Below, piece after piece: positions 11,436-21,194 of a stretch of 64,000 nt of DNA (within the stretch, counting starts at the first letter, position 1; every line of letters starts with the position of its first letter). The DNA is from an uncultured Chloroflexia bacterium. GTDB taxonomy: Bacteria > Chloroflexota > Chloroflexia > QHBQ01 > JADMIH01. The position numbers were made by a program, and so were the translations under genes. The stretch covers positions 544,001-608,000 of the forward strand of contig CAWCNY010000003.1 in assembly GCA_963797095.1 (NCBI GenBank), in the 5' to 3' direction. The notes beneath the pieces were generated by a model, which was not told the DNA's origin, ran no database searches, and was given only the letters and a program-made list of their open reading frames with translations.

Positions 11436-12596
11436 ATGACACGCGTTGCTGTCCTCGTCTCCACACAAATCAAGGAAGACCTTGCTGAAATGATCGCTGC
11501 GGGTAAAGCCCCGCGCCGCGATTACTTCGAGTTAAGGGACATGCTAAATGCTGAACTGATGAGCCCATCCGTATCCAAAGGTCTGATATACAAGATTTCG
11601 AAGCGAGGAAGTACAGTCCTGGCTACGGTGTGGTCAGCCTGGGCACGAAGATCAGAATATGACATTATCGTAACTGACCAGGAAACCACCGGACTGTTGT
11701 TGGCGCTACTCTTCAAGCTCACCCGCACGCGACGCGGGCATGTAATGATCTCACATTACCTGAGCCCTGCCAAGAAACAGGTGCTCTACCGCCTCTTGCG
11801 TGCACAAAGCCACATCGATATCACGGTATGCTACAGTACGGCTCAGGAAAAGGTAGCTATAGAAAAGTTGCATTTGAAAAAAGAGCAGGTTGGCTTGGTT
11901 CTTCACCCAGCCGATAGTCGATTCTGGAGGCCGGCCGCAAGCCATTCTGAGGCGCAAGCCGACCTTGAAATATTGCACCGGGCAGGTGTCTATCTTCCCG
12001 ACCATGCGCAGGTCGTTTGTAGCGCGGGCCTGGAGTTTAGAGATTATCCCACGTTGATGAATGCGGTCCAGGAACTACCCAAGAACGTGCGAGTGGTTAT
12101 CGCTGCCGCCAGCCCCTGGTCAAAGCGCAAGAACACTTCTGAAGAAGTGAAGTTACCTGAGAATGTACAAAGAGTATCCCTGACACCTCTACAGTTACGC
12201 GCCCTATACCGCCGATCACAGGTGGTTGCAATCCCTCTATATGATGTCGACTTCCAGGCAGGGTCACTCGTGGCATACGAGGCGATGGCATGTGGCAAGC
12301 CGGTTGTAATAACGCATACGCGCGGCCAGACTGATATTGTACGTGACGGAGTAACAGGATTATATGTGCCGCCTGGCGATCCCCCCGCAATGGCCCAAGC
12401 ACTTAACCGCCTGTTAGCCGATCCAGACCAAGCACAATCATTCGGCAAGGTGGCTCAGCAGATAGTTGAACAGGAACTGAACCTCGACACATATCTAGCA
12501 GCTATGATCGCACTCGTTCACAAGGTGACGGCCCGCCACTCACCTTACGCGGGGATAGACCCGCAAATCAATGCAACAAAACAGGTCGTCAGGTAG
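11436..12596 (+). CDS. Glycosyltransferase family 4
   Basis: RDYPTL, EAMACGKPVV, GLYVPPGD. Confidence 0.9.
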   Translation: MTRVAVLVSTQIKEDLAEMIAAGKAPRRDYFELRDMLNAELMSPSVSKGLIYKISKRGSTVLATVWSAWARRSEYDIIVTDQETTGLLLALLFKLTRTRRGHVMISHYLSPAKKQVLYRLLRAQSHIDITVCYSTAQEKVAIEKLHLKKEQVGLVLHPADSRFWRPAASHSEAQADLEILHRAGVYLPDHAQVVCSAGLEFRDYPTLMNAVQELPKNVRVVIAAASPWSKRKNTSEEVKLPENVQRVSLTPLQLRALYRRSQVVAIPLYDVDFQAGSLVAYEAMACGKPVVITHTRGQTDIVRDGVTGLYVPPGDPPAMAQALNRLLADPDQAQSFGKVAQQIVEQELNLDTYLAAMIALVHKVTARHSPYAGIDPQINATKQVVR

Positions 12597-13353
12597 CTCC
12601 ACGAATAGCATAGTTGATAAGCCTACCAACCAAGAGGACTTGGGCAAACATGCCCGACAGGACGAAACCGATATCATGACCAACACCGAGATGCCCCAAC
12701 CAGGCAAGACGCGCAGTCTAGTCGCACGGGCGAAGCTCTATATCAGCAAGCAAACCGAAGCCATTCACCTACGTTTAGGGGTCGCACAAATCTTGCTCCG
12801 ATTGATCCCATACGGCACCATGGGTAACTTGCGCAGTATGATCTACGGCTGGTGCGGTTTCGACATCAGTAGCAAAGCGTACATTGCCGGTGCTCTCGAA
12901 CTGCGTGGAGATGGTGACATCTATCCCCATTTGCATGTTGGGGAGCACACATTCATAAATACACCATGCTTCATCGAACTCAATGCTCCAGTTCATATTG
13001 GTGCACATGTGGGTATTGGGCATCATACTGTCTTCGTCACCAGCAACCACGAGCTTGGGCCTGCATCTGCCCGCATGGGTAAGCTCAAAGCAGGGCCCAT
13101 AACCATAGGCGATGGTGCGTGGATTGGGGCCGGCGCAATGATACTTCCCGGAGTGACAATTGGCCCTGGGGCATTCGTCACTGCCGGAGCCGTAGTAACT
13201 CGCGATGTGCCTGCGAATGCCAAAGTTGCAGGTGTTCATGCCCGGATAACTAGTTCACTGGATGGCAGAGACCCAGCGCTATGGCAAGCGATGGCTGGAA
13301 ACTCAGCCGAACATACCGAAAGCGTACAAGAATCCGACAAAGTGGTCTATTGA
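12571..13353 (+). CDS. Hexapeptide-repeat (LbH) O-acyltransferase
   Basis: PITIGDGAWIGAGAMILPGVTIG..AGAVVTRDVP; true start may be ~12676. Confidence 0.9.
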   Translation: MQQNRSSGSSTNSIVDKPTNQEDLGKHARQDETDIMTNTEMPQPGKTRSLVARAKLYISKQTEAIHLRLGVAQILLRLIPYGTMGNLRSMIYGWCGFDISSKAYIAGALELRGDGDIYPHLHVGEHTFINTPCFIELNAPVHIGAHVGIGHHTVFVTSNHELGPASARMGKLKAGPITIGDGAWIGAGAMILPGVTIGPGAFVTAGAVVTRDVPANAKVAGVHARITSSLDGRDPALWQAMAGNSAEHTESVQESDKVVY

Positions 13354-14433
13354 ATGAGCGACATCATGAACTTACCCCAAGCAAAAACATTGGATCTAAG
13401 TGTCATAGTTCCAACTCATAACCGACTGAGTTTTCTACCAGCCCTGATAGCGAGTTTGGCATCACAGGACTATCAACCGAACCTCTGGGAACTGATAATC
13501 GTAGTTGATGGCTCCTCTGACGGCACGCTGAAATATCTAGATTCCGTTACAGAGCCGACACTACCCAATCTACGTGTATTATCACAACCCCAGAGTGGTG
13601 TGGCCGCTACGCGCAATACTGGCGTAAAGGCCGCCAGGGGGCGTGCAGTGCTTTTCCTGGACGACGATATGATTGCGTCGCCCTCTCTCGTCCGTGAGCA
13701 TGCTCAGGTTCATCTACATGACCCAGAAGCGGTAGTAGTCGGTCACGTGAGTGTGCCTGCAGAGAAGCGAGATCCGTGGGTTGTCTGGGAGGATAGCCAA
13801 TTAGAGAGACACTTCACAGCGTTGAAAAAAGGCACCCGCATTCCAGGCCCACGAGATTTCTATACTGGCAATTGCTCGGTTTCTGGCGAACTATTCCAAC
13901 GAATCGGAGGGTTTAATATCAACCTCCCGAGAACCGAAGACGTCGAGTTGGGCTATAGACTAGCCGACGCGGGTGCACACTTCTTTTATCGCCCTGAGGC
14001 CCATAGCCTGCACCTCGGGCTCCATCCGTTTGCAAGTTGGCTGCGTAATGCGAGACTCTACGGACGCTGTGATGTGCTTCTAGCCTGGGACAAAGGCCAT
14101 ACCCATCTACAAGTTGAGCTTTTCCGGTGGTACCACCTTCGTAATGCCCTAAACAAAGCTCTTGTCCAGGTCTGCGCCCGCTGGCCCACGCTGGAAAAAC
14201 TGTCTATTAGTGGGGCACATCTTATTGGACGCGCACTCTACAAAGCAGGCGCTCGTCGCCTCTCTACTACGTGTTACAGCGCCATTTACAATCTCGCCTA
14301 CTGGCTCTCCGTCATCGAATCCATAGGTAAGGAGCGCTTTTGGTCTGAAATTAGGGCACAAAAAATCAACAAGGAGAACATAACCACAGACCTAAAAGAT
14401 CCGCAACCTACGAAGGTCATAGTCGAGAACTGA
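13354..14433 (+). CDS. Glycosyltransferase family 2
   Basis: SVIVPTHNR, VDGSSD, FLDDD, EDVELGYRL. Confidence 0.9.
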   Translation: MSDIMNLPQAKTLDLSVIVPTHNRLSFLPALIASLASQDYQPNLWELIIVVDGSSDGTLKYLDSVTEPTLPNLRVLSQPQSGVAATRNTGVKAARGRAVLFLDDDMIASPSLVREHAQVHLHDPEAVVVGHVSVPAEKRDPWVVWEDSQLERHFTALKKGTRIPGPRDFYTGNCSVSGELFQRIGGFNINLPRTEDVELGYRLADAGAHFFYRPEAHSLHLGLHPFASWLRNARLYGRCDVLLAWDKGHTHLQVELFRWYHLRNALNKALVQVCARWPTLEKLSISGAHLIGRALYKAGARRLSTTCYSAIYNLAYWLSVIESIGKERFWSEIRAQKINKENITTDLKDPQPTKVIVEN

Positions 14434-14454
14434 CAAGAGGTAGGAAGATCGTTT

Positions 14455-15279
14455 ATGAGAAGTGAGACGGGGCTGCTACGCACTTACCTGAACTGGATAC
14501 CAATACTCATGTTCCATGAGGTAGTGCTGGATGGAACCGATCCCATACCTCCATACGCAGTTTCTCAGGCTCAACTCCGCACAATTTTACATGATTTCGC
14601 CAGGCGAGGTTATACGTCGGGCACACTAGATCAGGTTGTAGGTGGTCCAGTCGATGACAGAAAGAAACAAGATACGGACGACGTAACCAATAAACCAAGA
14701 AAGCAGATAGTGCTCACGTTTGATGATGGCACCTCTGATTTTCTAGAAAATGCCCTGCCCGTATTGCAAGAATTCAGGTTTACTGCCACCATATTTGCAA
14801 TCGCCGGTATGGTGGGCGGAAAACGCGAGTGGAATAGTCTGCCAGGTCAAGCTCCTCTAACTCCCGTGCCGCTTATGAGCATTGCAGATTTGCGAGCATT
14901 GCGCGATAAGGGTTTCACTATAGGCTCCCACACAATTTCCCACCCGCGCCTTACTGACTTGAACATCGAACAAGCAGAAAAAGAAGTCGCAAATTCGCGA
15001 GCAATGTTAGTAAATATGCTGGGAGAACCGGTACGTTGGTTCGCATATCCTTACCTTGCTGCGAATGAAGTTACACGTAATCTGGTGAGGGCTGCAGGGT
15101 TTGTAGGAGCATGCGGTGGGCCTAATCAAAAGCATTCCAGATTCTATTTGAATAGGTTAGATGCTTCTTACTACAAGATCCCCCAACTACGCATACGCTG
15201 TAACGGTCTGTTCCATATGACACGCCAGATGCTCCGTCAGGCGCGGCATAGTGTAAGTGGAACTCCTACGCTGACTTAG
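14455..15279 (+). CDS. Polysaccharide deacetylase (CE4/NodB)
   Basis: PILMFH, LTFDDG, GSHTISH, FAYPY. Confidence 0.9.
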   Translation: MRSETGLLRTYLNWIPILMFHEVVLDGTDPIPPYAVSQAQLRTILHDFARRGYTSGTLDQVVGGPVDDRKKQDTDDVTNKPRKQIVLTFDDGTSDFLENALPVLQEFRFTATIFAIAGMVGGKREWNSLPGQAPLTPVPLMSIADLRALRDKGFTIGSHTISHPRLTDLNIEQAEKEVANSRAMLVNMLGEPVRWFAYPYLAANEVTRNLVRAAGFVGACGGPNQKHSRFYLNRLDASYYKIPQLRIRCNGLFHMTRQMLRQARHSVSGTPTLT

Positions 15280-15682
15280 CATCTGAGCAGCTAAACGGAA
15301 TCCTCCTCTTACATGCAGAGCACATAACTAGAGCCTTCTTGTTATTTCGACAAGACATGATTCTGACCTAGCCCCGAGAATCTAGTCCAGCACCAATGAG
15401 AGTTCCCGGTAAAATAGCACAATCAGAAAGGAGAACTCAAGATGAAAAGGGGCCAGTTTGTTTCTGATAATGCTCTATCTTTGCAGATTTTAGAACTGGC
15501 CCGTCAAGCGGCGAATAGGTCTGTTTCTGCTAATGTAAAAGGGAGCCATTCGATGAAATCTTGACAGTCAAAAAGGGAGCCACTTAGCTCTCTCTTTGCT
15601 ATCGTTGGGACAAGGCAAAGATGTTGCCTTTCGGTTACTCGGCTAGACCGTTAGACCGCAAACGATACGATAGCAAAGAGAG

Positions 15683-17377
15683 GTGGAGATGATTACCGTG
15701 GAACAACACGAAGCCATCCGCCGCGCCTTCTACCTCGAACACAAGAGTGTCAGGCAGATCGCACGAGAACAAAGGCACTCCCGCAAGACTGTTGACAAAG
15801 CCATTGCCCAAGCCCAAGCCCAGGCTCAGGACCCATCCCAGTCCCAATTCTACCAACCGTACCCTTACCCAACTTACCGGCGCACCAAACCTAGACCCGC
15901 TCCGGTGTTCGGCTCTTTCCAGACCCGTGTCGACGAACTCCTACAGCAAAACGACCGTCTCCCACGCAAACAACGCTACACCGCTCGCAAGATCTTTGAA
16001 CTTTTGGTCAAGGAAGGCTACCAGGGTAGCAAGTCTCGCGTGCGATTGCACGTGAGCAGATATCGCAAAGCCCATCACGCACCACCCCTGTTCATACCAC
16101 TAGAGTTCGAGCCTGGGAAGGACGCCCAGGTTGACTGGGGTGAAGCTGTTGCCGTCATCGGTGGCGAGCGCCAAACCGTGCAGTTGTTCATCATGCGTCT
16201 GAACTACTCAAGGCGATCCTTCGTGATGGCCTACCCCTCGCAGAAACAAGAAGCCTTCTTTGCCGGTCATGTGGCAGCTTTCCAGCACTTTGGTGGAGTT
16301 CCCCAACGTATCAGCTACGACAACCTGGCCTCGGCGGTGGATCCGGTTGCCTCTTTCAGCTCGGTGCGCCTCCTGATCGAAGGACGAGTACGACGAGAGC
16401 AGAGAGCATTCGTAGCCTTTCGTAGTCATTACCTGTTCGAGAGCCACTTCTGCACGCCTGGACAAGGGCATGAGAAGGGAGGTGTTGAACACAGCGTAGG
16501 GTTTAGCCGCCGCAACTTCCTGGTACCTATCCCAGATGTGGCCTCATTTGAAGCATTGAACATCTTTCTTCTGAGCGAGTGCCTGCGAGATGATCAGCGC
16601 CGGGTTGCGCGCCAACCCACCACCATCAAAGAAGCCTGGGAGCAGGAGCTACCTCATCTGCGTCCTCTACCTTCCTACCAATATGAATGTTGCGTGACGA
16701 GCACGGCACATCTCACTCCATACAGCCAGGTGATCTTTGAGACCAATCGCTACTCGGTGCCCGTCGAGAGAGCAAGGCGAGAAGTGATCGTCAAGGCTTA
16801 CCCTTTCCATGTGGACATATTCGACCCCAATCCCAACCCCAATCCCAACGATGGCCAGCCACGTAATCAATCGCATGACCAGCCCGGCCGCTCCGGCCTA
16901 CCAGGATTGCTTGCCCGTCATCCCCGCTGCTACGAGCGAGAGCAGGATATCTTCGAGCCACTGCATTACCTGCCTTTGCTCGCTCAGCGGCCAGGGGCAT
17001 TCGATTATGCCAAACCATTGCGCCGGTGGCGAGCCAAATGGCCACCTACATATGAGAAGGCGTTGGAACTGTTACGGGAGAAGTGGCCGGAAGGCAGAGG
17101 AGTGAAGGAGTTTGTCCGCATCTTGCAACTTCATCAGGATTATCCCGCTGTGCTTGTGGAGCGAGCAGTTGGGCAGGCTCTTTCGTATGGGTGTGTTCAT
17201 TTTGATGGAGTTACCCATTGTTTGAGGCAACTCACCACGCCTGAAACAGAGCTGACCATGCTTGCAGGTCTTGATCTGGTAGGGCTGGCCGATCACCCAC
17301 ACCTGCAAGCCATTGGCAAAATCGGCAGCCAGCCCATCGACTTACGTCGTTATGAGCAACTGCTTCAAGGAGGATGA
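15683..17377 (+). CDS. istA: IS21 transposase IstA
   Basis: AQVDWG, YDN, EKGGVE DDE motifs; NRYSVP. Confidence 0.95.
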   Translation: MEMITVEQHEAIRRAFYLEHKSVRQIAREQRHSRKTVDKAIAQAQAQAQDPSQSQFYQPYPYPTYRRTKPRPAPVFGSFQTRVDELLQQNDRLPRKQRYTARKIFELLVKEGYQGSKSRVRLHVSRYRKAHHAPPLFIPLEFEPGKDAQVDWGEAVAVIGGERQTVQLFIMRLNYSRRSFVMAYPSQKQEAFFAGHVAAFQHFGGVPQRISYDNLASAVDPVASFSSVRLLIEGRVRREQRAFVAFRSHYLFESHFCTPGQGHEKGGVEHSVGFSRRNFLVPIPDVASFEALNIFLLSECLRDDQRRVARQPTTIKEAWEQELPHLRPLPSYQYECCVTSTAHLTPYSQVIFETNRYSVPVERARREVIVKAYPFHVDIFDPNPNPNPNDGQPRNQSHDQPGRSGLPGLLARHPRCYEREQDIFEPLHYLPLLAQRPGAFDYAKPLRRWRAKWPPTYEKALELLREKWPEGRGVKEFVRILQLHQDYPAVLVERAVGQALSYGCVHFDGVTHCLRQLTTPETELTMLAGLDLVGLADHPHLQAIGKIGSQPIDLRRYEQLLQGG

Positions 17378-17378
17378 A

Positions 17379-18440
17379 TTGGAGAAAGAGAGGGAGAGAA
17401 CGGAGAGGACGCAGACCGTGAACACGGCGAATACGAACACGGTAAAGCCAGCAAGGGCAGCAAGGGCGACAGAACATCACATGTTGCTGGAAAGCTATCT
17501 ACGCCAGTTACGATTGCCCAGCTTCGTGCAACACTACCAGAAGTTGGCTCAAGATGCCGCACAGACCAACCTCAGCTATGAACGTTTTCTGTTAGCTCTG
17601 GCTGAAGGAGAGGTAGGCCAACGAGAAGTGCATCGAGTGGAACGCTCTATCGCCTCCGCCAAATTCCCGGTGCTCAAAGAGCTTGCTGACTTCGATTTCA
17701 GTGTCGTGCAGGGTTTAGCCAAGACGAGGGTACTTGAACTGGCTCAGGGTGGGTACATTCAGAGGGCAGAGCCGATCCTTTTGGTTGGCAATCCAGGGCT
17801 TGGCAAGACCCATATTGCCACAAGTCTTGCCCTTGCGGCTTGCCGTCAGGGCCATCATGTGCGCTTCTACAACGTAGCAGGCTTAATCAATGATATGATC
17901 CAGGCACAACAGGAGCTGCGATTGTCCCGTTTCATGACACAGATGTGCAAGCAGCAGGTGATTGTGCTGGACGAGCTAGGCTTCATACCATTTACAGCGG
18001 CGGGTGCGCAGTTGCTCTTCCAGTTCTGTTCGACCCTTTACGAGAGAGTGGCAATCATCATAACTACGAACCTGCGATTTGGAGATTGGAACAGTGTGTT
18101 AGGAGATGAGCGAATGACGGCTGCACTTTTGGACCGGCTCACGCACAAAGCACACATTCTGGAGTTTGTTGGAGAGTCGTTTCGTTTTCGCCAGCGTCTT
18201 CAACAGCAACAGGTGCAGGGGCAGGGGCAGGGGCGAAGTGAAAGAACAGGTGATGGTGCGAACGGGAATTTCGGGTACGGTTCTATTCAGAGTCTGGAGA
18301 GCCGAGAGATGGAAGGAGGGGAGGAAGACGAGGGGGCAGAAGCGGGGGAGATCGGGGAGAGCGGGGAGAGAAACGGGGAGAGCGGGGAGACAGAGGAAGC
18401 AGAACCGGCGCAAATGGCAAGCATCGCTGATCGGCCTTAG
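17379..18440 (+). CDS. istB: IS21 helper ATPase IstB with acidic C-terminal tail
   Basis: GNPGLGKT, LDELGF, ITTN, LLDRL, GESFR; TTG after AAGGAGG (ORF track start 17313). Confidence 0.95.
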   Translation: MEKERERTERTQTVNTANTNTVKPARAARATEHHMLLESYLRQLRLPSFVQHYQKLAQDAAQTNLSYERFLLALAEGEVGQREVHRVERSIASAKFPVLKELADFDFSVVQGLAKTRVLELAQGGYIQRAEPILLVGNPGLGKTHIATSLALAACRQGHHVRFYNVAGLINDMIQAQQELRLSRFMTQMCKQQVIVLDELGFIPFTAAGAQLLFQFCSTLYERVAIIITTNLRFGDWNSVLGDERMTAALLDRLTHKAHILEFVGESFRFRQRLQQQQVQGQGQGRSERTGDGANGNFGYGSIQSLESREMEGGEEDEGAEAGEIGESGERNGESGETEEAEPAQMASIADRP

Positions 18441-18481
18441 TTTTTTCGCAAAATTGACCTCAAAATGGCCGAAATTAAGTC

Positions 18482-18796
18482 ATGACCTCTAACTCCAGCT
18501 CTAACCCAAGCGCACTCCCAGCTAGCGAACCTGCCGTCGAACCGCCCTCGAAGGTGGTAACGACCTGCCGGGGCTACACACGAACCCTCCACGCTCAACT
18601 CGTTTCGTTCCGTTGCGAGTGGTGCAGCGAGGAGCGAGAGGTGTGGCAGTATCCAGGGGCAGCTCCGCGTTACTGCGATGGTTGCCGAAGGGAAGCCCAA
18701 AGGGCGATGAACACGGCGCGCCAGCGGGAGAAGCGCAAGCGAGACACTAGCCCCTACGGATGGCGACCACGGGTAGGACGGCCTCGCAAGCCTTGA
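18482..18796 (+). CDS. Small Cys4 zinc-finger-like basic protein (IS21 cargo)
   Basis: CEWC...YCDGC, basic helix, terminal GRPRK. Confidence 0.6.
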   Translation: MTSNSSSNPSALPASEPAVEPPSKVVTTCRGYTRTLHAQLVSFRCEWCSEEREVWQYPGAAPRYCDGCRREAQRAMNTARQREKRKRDTSPYGWRPRVGRPRKP

Positions 18797-18907
18797 AATC
18801 GGTGAACTGAGCGTATCCTAATTGGCACACCGAGCCTTATTGCGTCTGGGTAAATGAGCAGGATGGTCCCTGTGCCTACTCTTCCGATGCCAAATGGCTA
18901 TAACCAT

Positions 18908-19444
18908 TCACTGTGATATCTCTAGCTTCAATATCACCGGATCCGAGGGATCGCCGTCTATGTGGGCATACCAAATCTTGACTTGTAGCCCCTCTTTCAT
19001 TGGCCCCCCAAGTGTACTTACATGGTGAAAGCCAAGGCTCTCGCTGTATTCGGAGTAACTAAACTGGACCCCTTGCACCCTAAAGCTCTCGGCCTTGCCA
19101 CTGGCCGTACTGGTTAGGTCTATTACTTGCCCCTCAGCAACCTGTGCCTGATTAGTGGCGAGCAAATCGCTGCCAGTATGATATGCGGAAAGCGTCGACG
19201 CAAAGAGGAAGATCGCAACGCACAAACCAGCACAGATCAGGGTTACAGATCCAGATATCCTTATGGCACTAGGTACCTTGGGTATGCGGCTGCGATTGAC
19301 CAATATTCCAACACCGACGAACGCAACCGCCAGAGGGATTATTACAACCCACCATGCAAACGATTGTTGCGAAGCGTCAAAGACCGTTCGATAAGCCACG
19401 ACCGTGCTGCGGTCCATGTTGTTCCAAATGTCGACTAAAGTCAT
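18908..19444 (-). CDS. Hypothetical two-TM membrane protein (IS21 cargo)
   Basis: Two hydrophobic helices followed by a beta-rich domain. Confidence 0.65.
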   Translation of the reverse strand: MTLVDIWNNMDRSTVVAYRTVFDASQQSFAWWVVIIPLAVAFVGVGILVNRSRIPKVPSAIRISGSVTLICAGLCVAIFLFASTLSAYHTGSDLLATNQAQVAEGQVIDLTSTASGKAESFRVQGVQFSYSEYSESLGFHHVSTLGGPMKEGLQVKIWYAHIDGDPSDPVILKLEISQ

Positions 19445-19582
19445 GTCCGTGATGTCCCCACTAGACTTGCGATTTCCGTGTGGCCCCCTTTTCGATTATC
19501 AAATGGCTCCCTTTTTAATTATCAATATTTTCGTCGGGGAGGAGAAGTGGCTCCCTTTTTGGTTATCAAATGGCTCCCTTTT

Positions 19583-21079
19583 CTATTGACAAAAACATAG
19601 GTCATACAGATGCTCCTGAGCAACACCCGCCACAAACTGCTTATGCAGCCAATCCAGCAAGTGCCGCCGATGCACTCGCTGCATTTCTCGGCGCGCATCC
19701 CCGATGGTCACACGAACATGTTCAGTCTCGGTCGTGGTGGCCTGCAAACGGGCACGCTCCTCGTCCAAGAGCAGGTACGCCGCCAACACCAACGTCCAGA
19801 ACCGCTCGATAGCCGGGGCGCTCATCACTTGGTAGTGGTCAAGCCCCATCAACTCCTTGCAGTCGGCAAACAGCACCTCGATGTCCCAGCGTGCCGCTAC
19901 ATATTGCAGCAACTGCTCCACACTTGCCCCCAAGTCACTCGATGCCCAGTATCTGGTCTCGGACACAGGAGCACCCAGGCTGTGCCTCACTACCAGCACC
20001 TGGCACTTGTACAGCTTACGCACCATTGTGGTAATCGCATGCGCGTACACAGTGCTCACCTCCCCTTTGGCATCGGCATCGCGACCGCAACCGAGTTCGC
20101 TTCTGGGCCAGCGTACCAGCACGTAATCGGCCTCGCTCAAGCCCGCCACATATTCCGGCAGAGGCTGCCAACACCAGTCTGCAGCACTGGCGGCACTGGC
20201 GGCACTGGCGGCACTGGCGGCACTGGCGGCACTGGCGGCACTGGCGGCACTGGCGGCACTGGCGGCACTGGCGGCACTCGTACCGCCGACAAGCTGCTCT
20301 ACTCGGATGGAGCGATTGGCTTTCAGCCCACTGGTAATATGGAAGGCTCGCTGCCGAGCCGCCTTCCATACCGCCTTGCACCCAAACCAACTGTCCACCA
20401 GCACATGGGTGTCGGTCCCTTCCACCGGCTCGAAACTCTCAATCTGCTCCACCAGCAGGTCAACCTTGCTCTTGAAGGGCACACCCTCTCGCTCACAGAC
20501 CTCTCGCTGCCGATACAGACAAGGAGCCTGGGGACAGCACCTATCCAACGTAGGCAACACATACAGGGTGGTCAACATGTTGTGCCCTTGCACCGGGTGC
20601 CCCACCGTCGAGGAGAAGTGGCGGCCTATCCCAGCCATCTTGCGGCCTTTGGGCTTGTGCATGGTGGAGTCGTCTCCAATCAAGTAACCGGTCACAGAGG
20701 TTACACGAGCAGGAAGGCGACCCTTACGACCCCGACCGGTGTAGCGTCGGTGGTGACTACGCAAGGTGGCACGCTCTTGGGCTACCTGGGGGGCAAGTTG
20801 TGCTCGGAAACGGGCACACCAGGCAGCCACAACAGCCTGCCCTTCCCAAGGAGCGCGGCTCAAGAAGCGGCTCAGGCCACAGTAAGCGCGAGCGCGGGTG
20901 CGTACTCCGCCTCCGCACACAGCACGGTGCAGTCCACACAGGGTACGAGCTTCCATGCACAACAGCAAGGCCAGCAGTACGGTAACAAAGTACTGGAATT
21001 GAGGCTTGCTGAAGCAGTGACGGAAGGTCTGGGCGAAGTAGCGCACGCTCCCATCGGCGCATATAATGGGGGTAGGCAT
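19583..21079 (-). CDS. IS701-like DDE transposase
   Basis: IGDDS, LVDSWF, RWDIEVLF..K..GL; ATG 21079 after GAGGAGG; native end FAA* lies at 15504-15515. Confidence 0.85.
   Translation of the reverse strand: MPTPIICADGSVRYFAQTFRHCFSKPQFQYFVTVLLALLLCMEARTLCGLHRAVCGGGVRTRARAYCGLSRFLSRAPWEGQAVVAAWCARFRAQLAPQVAQERATLRSHHRRYTGRGRKGRLPARVTSVTGYLIGDDSTMHKPKGRKMAGIGRHFSSTVGHPVQGHNMLTTLYVLPTLDRCCPQAPCLYRQREVCEREGVPFKSKVDLLVEQIESFEPVEGTDTHVLVDSWFGCKAVWKAARQRAFHITSGLKANRSIRVEQLVGGTSAASAASAASAASAASAASAASAASAASAASAADWCWQPLPEYVAGLSEADYVLVRWPRSELGCGRDADAKGEVSTVYAHAITTMVRKLYKCQVLVVRHSLGAPVSETRYWASSDLGASVEQLLQYVAARWDIEVLFADCKELMGLDHYQVMSAPAIERFWTLVLAAYLLLDEERARLQATTTETEHVRVTIGDARREMQRVHRRHLLDWLHKQFVAGVAQEHLYDLCFCQ
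20184..20278. repeat. 9-bp tandem repeat (GCACTGGCG)x10.5 encoding poly-SAA inside the transposase
   Basis: Direct reading. Confidence 0.95.
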
Positions 21080-21194
21080 AGTGGTCCTCCTCGGGTAAGG
21101 ATTGGTGTTCGCAACCCTCTTATACCCGATAGGCCCTATGCCTTCAATCATTCACTTTGAAATGTGCAAAGATAGAGTGATAATGTAAAAGGGG

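Larger units (their letters stand above)
15522..19597 (+). mobile_element. IS21-family element with two passenger genes
   Basis: TG...CA ends, repeated AAAAGGGAGCCA boxes at both ends, 6-bp TSD TAGGTC at 15516-15521 and 19598-19603. Confidence 0.92.
15473..21177 (-). mobile_element. IS701-like element (contains inner IS21)
   Basis: IRs CTCTATCTTTGCA / TGCAAAGATAGAG; 8-bp TSD TGATAATG at 15465-15472 and 21178-21185. Confidence 0.85.

Noticed and set aside
19610-21160. 516-aa plus-strand ORF with GGT repeats
   Set aside because: Antisense shadow of the IS701 transposase; same for 23594-24961, 57290-58162, 37633-38397 and 63048-63683
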